DNA of 63,766 nt, the filler included, from Octopus bimaculoides (taxonomy: Eukaryota): the NCBI RefSeq assembly GCF_001194135.2. It is 5 parts of 5 records of this genome, joined end to end, with 100 filler letters (N's around TTAATTAATTAA, not from the genome) between each part and the next. Parts side by side here need not be neighbours in the genome. Positions count along the whole stretch, not along the records: positions 14,498 to 45,989 come from NC_069005.1; positions 46,090 to 56,811 come from NC_068995.1; 3 more parts are not named here. One strand, given 5' to 3'. The translations under genes were made by a program, and so were the position numbers. The notes beneath the pieces were generated by a model. It was given only the letters and a program-made list of their open reading frames with translations, was not told the origin of the DNA and made no database searches. Shown one piece after another: positions 42,010 through 55,280 of the stretch; position 1 is the first letter of the stretch; each line of letters opens with the position of its first letter.

Positions 42010-42660
42010 TGATGATAAAGATATTTGCTATATAGTGTGTCTTGTGTTTGCGGATTATTTTGTTTGGGTTGTATCACTGAATTGATAGTCTTGCATAGGA
42101 TGTGGGTTGTTCCTAGGAGGACTATTTTTTTAACAGTATGTAGTATTGAGGGCCCAGGTTTAGCTTTTACGCCTTTGCTCATGTTTTTTTTTACCATGCC
42201 CAATATTCCAATTATTACTGGAGTTGTTTTCACCTTCATGCCCCACATCTTGAATACTTCAATTTCAAGGTCTTTGTACTTAGACAATTTCTCCACTTCT
42301 TTAGACAATATTTTGGTCAGAAGGGACTGCAATGCCTATCAGTAAGCAGGTGTTTCTTTCCCAATCATTGATTATTTTGCCCAGGCTTTTATTTCTTTAT
42401 CTCAAATGATTGCTTTACTACATGTAGTAGTCTTCCACTTTTAGTTTCTAAGTACTTTTCTAGTCCAACTGTTGTTATTTTATAGTAGTTCTTTATATCT
42501 CCTTCTGAGTAGAGTAAATATATTCTGTCTGTTTCTGATTTGGGGTGATGTCTTTGGTATGCTATTAATAGTTTTCTGGTTTTTCTATCTAAGTTTCTCA
42601 ATTCACAGACCATCCAGTTTATTATGTTGAAGCTGTAATTTATGACTGATATGACTACCA
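42010..42660 (-). mobile_element. R4/Dong-like non-LTR retrotransposon 3' fragment (restriction-like endonuclease region)
   Basis: SFNIINW..ELRNLDRKTRKLL...HHPKSETDRIYL and EKLSKYKDLEIEVFKMWGMKVKTTPVIIGILG...KIVLLGTTHIL. Confidence 0.8.
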
Positions 42661-43065
42661 TATAATATACACACACACACACACAATGGGCTTCTTTCAG
42701 TTTCCATTTACCAAGCCCACTTACAAGGCTTTCAGCTTGAGGCTATAGCAGAAGATACTTGTTGTAGATGCTATACAGTGGTATTGAACCTAGAACTATG
42801 TAGTCAAGCAGCAAACTTCTTACCACACAGTCATCCATGCCTGCACCTATAAACAGTCAAGAAATATTTTAAAAACAAAGCTAGACTTCTTTCTTTTTCT
42901 TTCTTATTAGATCCTAAATGAAATAATAAAATTCATTCAATCCATTTTTTAAAACAAAAAGGAAAGACAACCATGAAATATTTACATAATGCATCTGGGT
43001 TTTCAAGTGTGTAAAATGTTTTGGTTTTAATTTACACATAAGAAGTGTGTATGTGAAGTGTGTGG

Positions 43066-43120
<55 letters not shown>

Positions 43121-44250
43121 ATATATATATACTATATATATATATGCTATATATAAACAATAAATATTCTGTCTCAGACAAAGAATAAATGCAAACATTT
43201 TGTAGTGTGCGTGTGAATATGTGTATGTTGTGTACATGCATACATGTGTCTGTGTATATGTGTATATGAGTGTATGCGAAAAAAACAAAGAATCAATGAT
43301 TGGGAGTGGGGCAGGTAGAGAGGGAAAATAAAAAATTAAAAGAAATCTTGTACGCAGGGATGGGAGGAGTGGAGGTATGTGATTTTGTGATTATGTGATG
43401 TGAAAGAAGAGTTTATTCCAATGTTTTGGTTGGTTAATGAAAACTTACAGTAAAAGAGATGTTTTGATGCTGCTGTACTAGTTTTTTTTCATATTTTAAG
43501 AAATATTTTTTTTTACTGTATTTCAGTTGTGTTCATTTTTGATTAAATTCATTGAAACAATTGCTTTGTTTAATTTTCTTTTCCATTTTGTAAATTTTCT
43601 TTCTCCTGTCTTTCTTCAATACAAACACAATAGTTATTTTTTTATATATATATACACATATATATTGTTTTTCCTTTAAGCTGAAGGATGCAAGAGTGTA
43701 GGAAGTGTACATTTATCGACCCTAAGGTCAATTTGTAAAAAAAAAACAAAAACAAAAAAAAGAGCATTACAAGCCACCAAGACCTTACAGAGTGACCAGA
43801 CACAATAGTGGACATTCTTACAGATGAGAACTCAATGTTAACCCTTATCCCTCTGCTTCCTGCAGGTGTTTGCTTTTGTCGGGGTTTCCTTCAAACGTCT
43901 TAAACCTTCACATGTCAATAAATTTTAAAGTCTGTTTGCATATACATACATAGGGCAGTTGGAGGAGTGGTGTATGGTAGTGTATGTTGTCTCTACATAT
44001 GTGTGTGGGAATATACATACATATGTGTGTGTGTGCAACAGGATGAATAGAACACCATACAGTATATGTGTCTGTGTGTGTATGCACATACATATATATG
44101 TGTATGTGTGAGTATGTATATATATGTAAGAACGCATAGCCTAGTGGTCATAGTGTTGTACTTATGATATATATACATGTATATATATATACACATATAT
44201 ACATACACATACACACACATATATATATACATAAACACACATACACATAC

Positions 44251-44340
<90 letters not shown>

Positions 44341-44698
44341 NNNNNNNNNNNNNNNNNNNNNNNNNNNNNNNNNNNNNNNNNNNNNNNNNNNNNNNNNNNN
44401 NNNNNNNNNNNNNNNNNNNNNNNNNNNNNNNNNNNNNNNNNNNNNNNNNNNNNNNNNNNNNNNNNNNNNNNNNNNNNNNNNNNNNNNNNNNNNNNNNNNN
44501 NNNNNNNNNNNNNNNNNNNNNNNNNNNNNNNNNNNNNNNNNNNNNNNNNNNNNNNNNNNNNNNNNNNNNNNNNNNNNNNNNNNNNNNNNNNNNNNNNNNN
44601 NNNNNNNNNNNNNNNNNNNNNNNNNNNNNNNNNNNNNNNNNNNNNNNNNNNNNNNNNNNNNNNNNNNNNNNNNNNNNNNNNNNNNNNNNNNNNNNNNN

Positions 44699-44737
<39 letters not shown>

Positions 44738-45900
44738 CGTACTTATATATACATATATATACACATATACATATACATATATATTGAGTGTATGCATTTG
44801 CTATACTAAAGGAAATAACATTTTAAACTTCTTTAATTGTTGATTTGAATCCCTTGAAGAAACATGTAACCTTTGTTTTATTAAAACAAAAAACTCTGAA
44901 GAGATTCTGCCCCATACAGCTTAAAATGATAAATTCTTAACATTGGATTTAACCCAAACGCTTTGAATTATGCATTACCAAGGGGCCAGAATCGAAACAT
45001 ATGTAGGTTATTGAGTTTTCTGTTGTGTGTTTTTTTATATTTAATTGTATCTAAATTTTAACAACAAACTATGATACAAATAAATTAACTATACATCCTC
45101 CACTCTCCATTTTCTTGCCTTATTAATTTTACCTACTATAATAATCCATAACACATCGTGGAGATTTCCTTCTGATGTGATGGAGATTAAACCAGTGAAA
45201 TTTTGGATTTATTAATCCCATCCTTGAATTGACTGTGTGTGTGTGTGTGTATATAAACAATTGTTAAAGAGGACAACAAGTGTTAAGGCAATGCAAACAT
45301 CTCAAATCGTATACATTATTACTATTGGAAAAAATTCCAAGTCTTACAGCTGTTTCTGGGATATTCCAGGAATATCTCAGAAACAGCTGTAAGACTTTGA
45401 ATTTTTTTCCATAATTATAATGTATATGACTTGAGATGTTTGCCTTCAATTTTGCTATATCAGAAATTTGCAATGGCTTCATAACTATTATCTGGGCTTA
45501 TAACCTTCAAGCCTTAGTAATCCATTACAGCACTTAGCTAGAGTACCTAATCGTGTAGGTCACCAGTGGACTAAACCCACATATTTTGTGTGTGTGTGTG
45601 TGTATGTATATATATATAGATAGATATAGATGTATACATACATACATATATATAGAAGTATATATATATATATATATATATATAGAAGTATATATAAACA
45701 TACATATATATATACATATATATATACACATACATATATATATATACATATATATATATTCACACATACATATATATACTACACATACATATATACATAT
45801 ATATTCATGCATATATATATATATATACATGCATATATATATATATATACACACATACATATATACATATATATTCATGCATATATATATATATACATGC

Positions 45901-45939
<39 letters not shown>

Positions 45940-46126
45940 TATATATATACATATATCTATACATGCATATATATATATATATATATATANNNNNNNNNNN
46001 NNNNNNNNNNNNNNNNNNNNNNNNNNNNNNNNNTTAATTAATTAANNNNNNNNNNNNNNNNNNNNNNNNNNNNNNNNNNNNNNNNNNNNTATAGATAGAT
46101 ATATAGATATATATATATATATATAT

Positions 46127-46177
<51 letters not shown>

Positions 46178-47509
46178 TAGATACATACACGTATATATGC
46201 ACACAACACGTCTTATTACGTTGAACCATGTATAGAAACAGCAATGCATTCCTAAGCTTCTTCATCTTTGCCGTGCATGTATGTATGCATATATATTGGT
46301 AATGATATTTATCTATGTAAACCTTCCGTCACATCACGTATCGCGATGTACTCATCACTAGAAATATAGATACGATCACCAACTACCTTCTCCTCTTTCT
46401 CTCTCTTTCGCTCTCTCCGCCACTCTCAAATTCTTCCACTGCTTGTCGTTCTTTCAACCTTTCTGTTTTCCTTCGAGTACGCTAACGTCTTTCCTCTTTT
46501 ACAGGCATCGCTGTGGTCCTATTGGTTTCTTTGATTGATTCTGGGACTTTATCAATGATACTTAACCAATTTACAGTGGAGAAATGATCGCTATATGAGA
46601 TAACTAATGAATAATAAATAATATTTGCTACTCTAGGCAGAAGGCCTGAACTATTTGAGAAGGGGGACAATCAATTGGATTGATCCAGTACCCAACTGGT
46701 ACTTAATTCATCGACCCCTAAAGGATGAAAGACAAACTCGACTTCGGCTGAATTTGAACTCAGACGAAATACCGCTTAGCATTTCGGCCGCGCGTGCTCA
46801 CGTTTCTACCAGCTCGCCACCTTATAAATATTGAAGAAGGACACGCATATACATATCGTTGGAGCGTCGGGTTCACAATCACGAAGTAGAGAGTTCCATT
46901 CCTAGGCCGGGATCTATGTTGTGTTCTGGTTCAACAAACTTTATTTCACGATGCTCCACTTCACTCAACTGTAAAAATATCGGTGGTGTTGAGAGGAGAA
47001 GGTGGTATGCATGAGTGATTGCTGGTCTTCCATAAACGAACTTGCCCAGACTTGTGCCTCGGAGGGTAACCTTGAAGGTACTATCCCGTGGTCATTCATA
47101 ACCAAAGAGTGTCCTTATCCTATGTTCTGAGTTCAAATTCCGCCGAGGTCAACTTTGCCTTTCATCCTTTCAGGGTCGATAAATTAAGTACCAGTTGCGT
47201 ACTGGGGTCGCCATAATCGACTGGTTCCCTCTCCCAAAATTTCAGGCCTTCTGAAAGGCTATTAATAATAATAAACGTAGGAAAATTATTGTCAACGGCC
47301 GCAGTAAGACATAAATTTATAAAGGAAAAATATACGAAAAACACAAATAATCCCAAATCTGATAACAGACTAAGCCAAACTAAATACGAACTGATTGGAC
47401 ATGAAAGCGAAAAGTTCAAGTGACTTTTGTGTACGGACTGACTTCGTTTTAGGATACATGACATTGATTATTAACAACGATAATAAAACTATCACCTTCC
47501 AGTACAGCG

Positions 47510-47684
47510 TTATTTATGGAGTACATCGTTTCGTTTGTCGTTCGGCAATATGTTATCTGCGGCTAGCCAGCTCTGACGTTGGACAGAAGCCAATTTGTTT
47601 TTGTATTGTATTTTTTTTCCATCTTTTGTTGACGTAAGCAGTGTTATGAGTGCAGAGTCAAGAGCGTAGCCATTTTCACACTTT
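47510..47684 (-). CDS. Candidate terminal exon (R)KCENGYALDSALITLLTSTKDGKKIQYKNKLASVQRQSWLAADNILPNDKRNDVLHK*
   Basis: Non-repetitive 57-codon frame after acceptor acatctattttggacag|; no upstream partner or family recognised. Confidence 0.2.
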
Positions 47685-47765
47685 CTGTCCAAAATAGATG
47701 TTTTAAGACTCTACTTGCATGTTATTTTTTGAAAAATTTAACTGCCACGAAATCGAATATTTGTA

Positions 47766-48163
47766 GCCACTTCAACGTGGCTGTCCGTTCGAGCAGACTC
47801 TACTGCAATTTTTTAACCCCAAGAGGGACATATCCTCTAGCTGGTGAACGATGCAGAGCTGCAACCGATAGAATTGTATGTAGGGGAGCGAATCCCTACC
47901 ATCTTCTAGCGACGGTACCAGTAGACCAGTCTTGGTTTCGGGGTATTTGTGTCACTCCTAAATACTGGACACCTCATTGAGAGGAAGAAATAGCCCAGGA
48001 CTGGACTACTGGTACCGTCGCTAGGAGATGGTAAGAGTTCGCTCCCTTGCTCGCAGTTTTATGGGATGCAGCTGTGCATCATTCACAGGGTAGAGGAGAT
48101 TTCCTCTTGGGGTTAAAACATCGCAGTAGAGTCCGCTCGAACAGACAGCCATGTTAAAGTGGT
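47766..48163. mobile_element. Foldback MITE, ~165-bp TIRs, 67-bp spacer, TA on both flanks
   Basis: Arms 47766-47931 and 47999-48163 are diverged reverse complements. Confidence 0.8.
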
Positions 48164-49078
48164 TACCAGTTACGCACTGGGTCGATGTAATCGACTTAAT
48201 CCCTTTGTCTGTCCTTGTTTGTCCCCTTATGTTTAGCCCCTTGTGGGCAATAAAGAAATAAGAAACATCGGAGTTCAATTTCTCCCGAGGTCGACTTTGC
48301 CTTACATCCTTTCGGGTTCGAATTGAGTACCAGTTGCTTACTGGGGGTCAATCTAATCCACTAGCCTCCTCCCCCAAAATTTCGAGCCTTGTGCCTAGAA
48401 GAGAAAAGTATATTGTACACATCGCTTCATATATATATATATATATANNNNNNNNNNNNNNNNNNNNNNNNNNNNNNNNNNNNNNNNNNNNNNNNNNNNN
48501 NNNNNNNNNNNNNNNNNNNNNNNNNNNNNNNNNNNNNNNNNNNNNNNNNNNNNNNNNNNNNNNNNNNNNNNNNNNNNNNNNNNNNNNNNNNNNNNNNNNN
48601 NNNNNNNNNNNNNNNNNNNNNNNNNNNNNNNNNNNNNNNNNNNNNNNNNNNNNNNNNNNNNNNNNNNNNNNNNNNNNNNNNNNNNNNNNNNNNNNNNNNN
48701 NNNNNNNNNNNNNNNNNNNNNNNNNNNNNNNNNNNNNNNNNNNNNNNNNNNNNNNNNNNNNNNNNNNNNNNNNNNNNNNNNNNNNNNNNNNNNNNNNNNN
48801 NNNNNNNNNNNNNNNNNNNNNNNNNNNNNNNNNNNNNNNNNNNNNNNNNNNNNNNNNNNNNNNNNNNNNNNNNNNNNNNNNNNNNNNNNNNNNNNNNNNN
48901 NNNNNNNNNNNNNNNNNNNNNNNNNNNNNNNNNNNNNNNNNNNNNNNNNNNNNNNNNNNNNNNNNNNNNNNNNNNNNNNNNNNNNNNNNNNNNNNNNNNN
49001 NNNNNNNNNNNNNNNNNNNNNNNNNNNATGTTTAGGTCAATTTTCCCATTTGTATTTGTTTGCTTCTTTATTTATTAC

Positions 49079-49124
<46 letters not shown>

Positions 49125-49305
49125 GATGTTGTTTTTTTTATTATTTAAATGTTATCGGATGTTCCTTTCCAGCCCATGGCTTCCGTCTTACGTTTGGAAA
49201 ATGAATTTGTTGAATTTTCTCCGTCTTTTCCTCCTGGAGCCCACCCTCCTCCTGCAGCTCACCCTCCTCCTGCAGCCCACCCTCCTCCTCTTCCTAGTAA
49301 TAATG

Positions 49306-49339
<34 letters not shown>

Positions 49340-50817
49340 TAATAATGTGTTGTTGCTATATTTAAATCACCAAGGTGCCTTCTTCATTTGTAAGAAACTC
49401 ACGTATGCATCTCTGGGAGAATCCAATTTTCGAACGTATATGGTAAACCAGAAATAAGGATATAAATAAACTACTTCCGTTCCACTCCCGCCTCCTCCTA
49501 CCACTACTACTACTAATAGTACAAATACTATCACCACTGCTGCTACTGCATGTACTCAATAATAACGAGAATAATAATATTGATTTCAAATTTTGGCACA
49601 GGGCCAGTATTTTCTGTGGATGGGGTAAGCCGGTTACAACGACGCCAGTCACCAACTGAAACATATTTTATCGATCTCAGTATGATGAAAAGCAAAGTCG
49701 ACCTCGGTGGAACGATTCTTTTTACTCTAGGAACAAAGCCTGAAATGTTTTTTGGGAGGAAGCCAGTTGAATAGATCGACTCCGAAAGCATGAAAGGCAA
49801 ATTCGACAACGGCGGAATTTGAACTCAGAACGTAAAGACAGACGAAATACCACTAAGCATTTCACCTGGTGTGCTAACGATTCTGCCAGATCGTTGCCTT
49901 TAAAGTACAACAATATTCTTTACTTCTCTTGGCACAACGTCAGAAATTTTGGGTGTGGGGGCAAGTCGATTAGATCAACACCAGTAAGCATGTGGTACTT
50001 AATGTATCGATCGGGAAAAGTTGAAAGGCAAAGTCGACCTCGGCGGAATTCGAACTCAGAACATAAATACCGCTAAGCATTTCACTCGGCGTGCTAACGT
50101 TTCTGCCTGCTCGCCCCTCTAACAGTAGAAGTATTAATTATTCCACAAAGACACAGGGCCTGCAATTTATTGCGCGGGGACTAGTTAAGTACATCAACAC
50201 AAATTTTTCACTGGTACTTTATTTATCGATTCCGATTTGATGAAAGGCAAAGTCAACCGCAGAACAACGTAAACTCGGAACATAAAGACCGATGAAATTC
50301 CACTAACCATTTTGCTAACCATTCTACCAGCTCGTCGCCTTAGCAGTATTATTGATAATAACATTGGACATAACAACACTAATCCCAAAGATAACAATAA
50401 ATATAATTATCATAATTTCCTACAACTTGTAAGAATTATGATAATTTCAGCTGCATAATAAAAAGAATATATAATACTACTAACAACAACAATAATAATA
50501 ACGCTGACATTAACAACAACAACAATAGTAACAATAGCAATAATAATGTTTGTCTGTAAAATTGTGCAAAGTATTGTTATTGTTATTATTAATATTATAT
50601 ATCGATTCAAGGTTTGGGTCCAAGTTTTTAACCTGAATATCAAATACCCTGCAGGGCAGGTCTTTAATCAATTTTGTGCATGTTTAGGCATTGGCAGCGG
50701 CATCTAACTACGCCCCACCACGACCTCGCCCATCTTTTGTTTGCATTTCACAAATTCCTTCCGTAGTGTTTTTCTGTATTTCTGGACATGCAACTTCATA
50801 TAGTTCGTCCTCTATCA

Positions 50818-50848
<31 letters not shown>

Positions 50849-51111
50849 AATTTGTAAATCTATCTATCTATTAATATAGTATATATTTGTGTATGTGTCC
50901 TCAGAAACTCACGAGTTCGTATTTACATATATATTTATTATTATTATTATTATAAATATTATTATTATTATTATTATTAATGATGTTGCTGCTGCTGTCG
51001 TTGTATTACTGCTTTAAATTTGGAATTGTTTTTATATGTGCATGTTTGTATATATATACAAATATATATGTATGTATATAAATATGTGTATACATATCTA
51101 AGTGTGTCTGA

Positions 51112-51147
<36 letters not shown>

Positions 51148-52277
51148 GTACGTCTCCGTGTTAGTGTACGTATGTATTAAATAATGTTGATGTATAGTGA
51201 AGACATGGCTGCTATAATAATTTTGTATAAAATTTATTTGCCATCTTTCAGTAACTTAATACATTGTTTCTGCGCAGTGGAGTCAATCTACCTTTTAATC
51301 CATTTCAAATTATCTTTGAGCCTTATCAATATGGTTATGTCTAACCAAAGATTTGAGGAAACACAACGCTTTAAATAGCAATTATTCTTGTGTCAGCTAT
51401 TTATGTCAGATATTAATTAGTAATAGTTAAATACCTAGGAAACCACAACGTATTATTAAGACGGGACTCGAAAACTTCGCATAGAGACCCTTACTGCTAA
51501 GGAGGAACACATTGAAAATAAGTAAATGCACGTGATTTCAGGAAATTCGTATCGTAGAGACCACAGCTGAATCTTCTGTTAACGCACACAGTCAGGTGCA
51601 AACATAGCCGCGCGCATGCGCGCACACACATACACACAGATGCAGATACACGCATACGCACAGAAAGGTACACGCACACAGAGGTATACACACAGAGGGA
51701 GGCACACATACAGACATATACACTCCACACATCCGTACTAACTTACATAGATAGCTACCTAGCATCCTACATCCCTACCTCGCTACATATAGACATAAAT
51801 ACATACATACAAACATACATATATACGTACGTACGTACGTACAAGCATATAAATATATGTGTGATCACACGTCTCTTTAATCAACATTCTCTTTAATCAA
51901 GCATTACCTAGAGCTAAACTACTATAAAAACTGAAAATTATTTTTACCGAAACGAGAAAGAAGAAGCCAAGATCGATTGAGACAAGGGCGTGGAAGTAAA
52001 TAGAAAATTAAAGATAGGTAAACTCCTTACCCTCAGGGTGTAAGAAGAATATCTGTGACACAGACAACTTGAACTTGGTAACCATTTAATTTCATGTGTG
52101 ACATGATTCTAAGATGAGCTTCGCTTCTTCCAAGTTAGGAGTAGCAACCAAACATGTATACATTCATGTAAGTGCACATTCCTACATTCATAGACGTGCA
52201 TAGTTGGTATATAAAAGCCAAGACTGGTGATATGATTATATACAAGCATTCTTTAACATATATACGCATCCCTGCTC

Positions 52278-52310
<33 letters not shown>

Positions 52311-52790
52311 NNNNNNNNNNNNNNNNNNNNNNNNNNNNNNNNNNNNNNNNNNNNNNNNNNNNNNNNNNNNNNNNNNNNNNNNNNNNNNNNNNNNNNNNNN
52401 NNNNNNNNNNNNNNNNNNNNNNNNNNNNNNNNNNNNNNNNNNNNNNNNNNNNNNNNNNNNNNNNNNNNNNNNNNNNNNNNNNNNNNNNNNNNNNNNNNNN
52501 NNNNNNNNNNNNNNNNNNNNNNNNNNNNNNNNNNNNNNNNNNNNNNNNNNNNNNNNNNNNNNNNNNNNNNNNNNNNNNNNNNNNNNNNNNNNNNNNNNNN
52601 NNNNNNNNNNNNNNNNNNNNNNNNNNNNNNNNNNNNNNNNNNNNNNNNNNNNNNNNNNNNNNNNNNNNNNNNNNNNNNNNNNNNNNNNNNNNNNNNNNNN
52701 NNNNNNNNNNNNNNNNNNNNNNNNNNNNNNNNNNNNNNNNNNNNNNNNNNNNNNNNNNNNNNNNNNGTGGTGAAGCAACTGTTGTTCATC

Positions 52791-52837
<47 letters not shown>

Positions 52838-52919
52838 TGTGTGTGTCTGTATATTTATTTATATTAAGGGCATTACTATACATAAATGCATCACACTAGG
52901 AGGGACTCTTCAATTCAAA

Positions 52920-53065
52920 ACTATCATAATAAACACGTTGTACCGAACGCGAGGGAATGCAACTCTCGAAGCGAGTCTTTTGAAACCAGCTGAGTCTGTT
53001 TTTAAAAGGCTCGCTTCAAGAGTTGCATTCCCTCGCGTTTGGTACAATGTGTTTATTATGGTAGT
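52920..53065 (+). repeat. Near-perfect palindrome, 66-bp arms, 14-nt loop
   Basis: Arms 52920-52985 and 53000-53065 align without gaps, with 6 substitutions. Confidence 0.95.
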
Positions 53066-53456
53066 ATACATGCATACTCACACATATAGGCACTCACAAA
53101 CATACCTATACACATGAATATCATATTCCTTTGTGCGTATGTGTTTACGCACATCAATGAATAAGTATTACGTATCATAGCAAATGCAAAGACACTGTTG
53201 CGAACCGAACCTGGCACACATGTTGGAATTCAGCCTAAAATAGAGGCATACCATACATATGCATAGGCGCACAGAGTGGTCTAATTTTGTGCATGTGTCT
53301 GAGTGTGTGTGTGTGTTCGGCATGCATATTTGCTTGTGTGAATGTGTAGTGAAAACGTAAGATTAAGTAACCGTCTGATAGTTATGCACATATATATGTA
53401 AATTTTCGAACAACCTAAAATTTTGGAGAAAACTTTATATATTTGTTTTTCCATAG

Positions 53457-53501
53457 CTAAACGCCTGCAGCTAAATGCAAAGATCTTCTTTCTCATATCT
53501 G
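53457..53501 (+). CDS. Candidate small exon (x)KRLQLNAKIFFLIS (45 nt, phase 1-1)
   Basis: Acceptor atttgtttttccatag|, donor TG|gtatgt; only this frame is open. Confidence 0.3.
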
Positions 53502-53794
53502 GTATGTTTTTTTTTTTTTACACGGTCATGCTAAAGAGAAATATTCGGGACAACGTTTTCCTCCTTGTCTTTTTAAAAAGAATTTTTTGTTTAATAAAAA
53601 AACAAACAAATTCTGTTGACGTCAAAACCTCAGGGATTTAGAAACTGGCAAAGTCCAATTTGACAGTTTTCATAAAAACTTAAAATGAATTTTCTTTCAC
53701 TAAATGTTTGAGAACGCATTTGTAGTTTTTCTTTTTTCTTGTTCATGTTTTCCCTTCGAAATGTGTTGTATATTTTTACCTCGGTCTCCTATCG

Positions 53795-53827
<33 letters not shown>

Positions 53828-53835
53828 GTATTTAC

Positions 53836-53889
<54 letters not shown>

Positions 53890-54632
53890 ACGAGTATGTA
53901 AATATGTGCATCTATGTATTTATATATGTGTGCATATATGTACATATGTACGTGTGTGTGTGCGTGTTTGTGTGTATTAGTGTATGTTTGGGTGTGTTAA
54001 TGCGTGTGCCTTTCCTTTTGAAACTTTTAAGTTTCCAGTTGGCATCCATATACGATGTACAAGTGATGGAAAAGAGAATCGGAGATAAAAAAAAATACGA
54101 AACCAAAGTATAAAGATATAAATAAAATAAAATAAGTATTAACAATAACAAGAACAACAGCAATGACAACAACAACGACAATGATTGCCATGATGACAAC
54201 GACAAAAAAATATTTACTTTAAACAAAAAAAATATATGTAGATAAAACCAAAAATAATTTTAAAAAATATAGTCACATACATAAATAGCAAAAAAGAAAG
54301 AAAAAAAACGAAATGATTTATATTCAATTGGTACTAGCAAATAGCTACTAATTCTTAACCTGTCACTGAGTCTTTAGTTGTCACGTATTCCCGAAGAAAG
54401 ACATGATTCTCAATAATCATTCGCCGAATTCTTGTTCCCTTAGAAAAGTTGAAAAATAAATATCAAAAGAAAAAAAAGTGTCGAAAACGAAAACTAAAAA
54501 ACGAGCGTGGGAAAAATAACAATAAAAAGTAATGTAAACATCGACAAAAAAATGTAGAAAGAGTTAAAAAAAAACAACAAAATATACAAATATAACAAAC
54601 GATTTTGTGATATTTAAGGATTGGATTTTCAG

Positions 54633-54651
54633 CTGACACTAACGATGGGCG
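54633..54651 (+). CDS. Candidate 19-nt exon (A)DTNDG(R) (phase 1-2)
   Basis: Acceptor ttggattttcag|, donor CG|gtaaga; chains in phase with 53457-53501 and 55069-55106. Confidence 0.3.
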
Positions 54652-55068
54652 GTAAGATCTGATATGTAAAAATGACAGAAACAAGGAATGGTAAAAGAAG
54701 GAATAAAAGAGGAAAAAATAAACAAAACGTAACCTAAAAATGGCGCAAAGGAAAATATTCATTCTAATATGTTAATATAGGTTTTCTATTTTGCTATGTT
54801 TTCTCAGGTTGTTTAATTTTTTTTTTATTAATCATAATCTATAATCTAAATGTAGGCGAATATATCAATGTAGCCAATACATGTTTAGCATTTTACACAT
54901 GTTTCTTTTATGCCGTATGTCCCGTACGTACAAGATGATCTGTAAGGTTTTAGCATATGTATAATATTACTAAGCGAGAGAAGTTTAACATACTAAGAAG
55001 AGAATAGAAATACATAAATAGACACGTATATATAACTGTCGCAATTTTGTTATTACTTATCTTTACAG

Positions 55069-55106
55069 GAATACAGAATCAGAATATCAAAATTCAATAC
55101 AAATAG
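55069..55106 (+). CDS. Candidate exon (R)NTESEYQNSIQI (38 nt, phase 2-1)
   Basis: Acceptor ttattacttatctttacag|, donor AG|gtgcat. Confidence 0.3.
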
Positions 55107-55205
55107 GTGCATATACTTATACATGTGTGTATGTGTATGTGTGTGTATATGCATGTGCATGAGTTTGTGACTTTGTATGTATGTATGCATCTATTTATCT
55201 ATCTA

Positions 55206-55280
<75 letters not shown>

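Noticed and set aside
49149-49457. ORF with (AAHPPP)x3 and poly-N
   Set aside because: An 18-bp tandem repeat between trinucleotide tracts; no splice support.
53616-53625. Perfect CRE palindrome TTGACGTCAA
   Set aside because: A single short motif is expected by chance in 64 kb; no supporting context.
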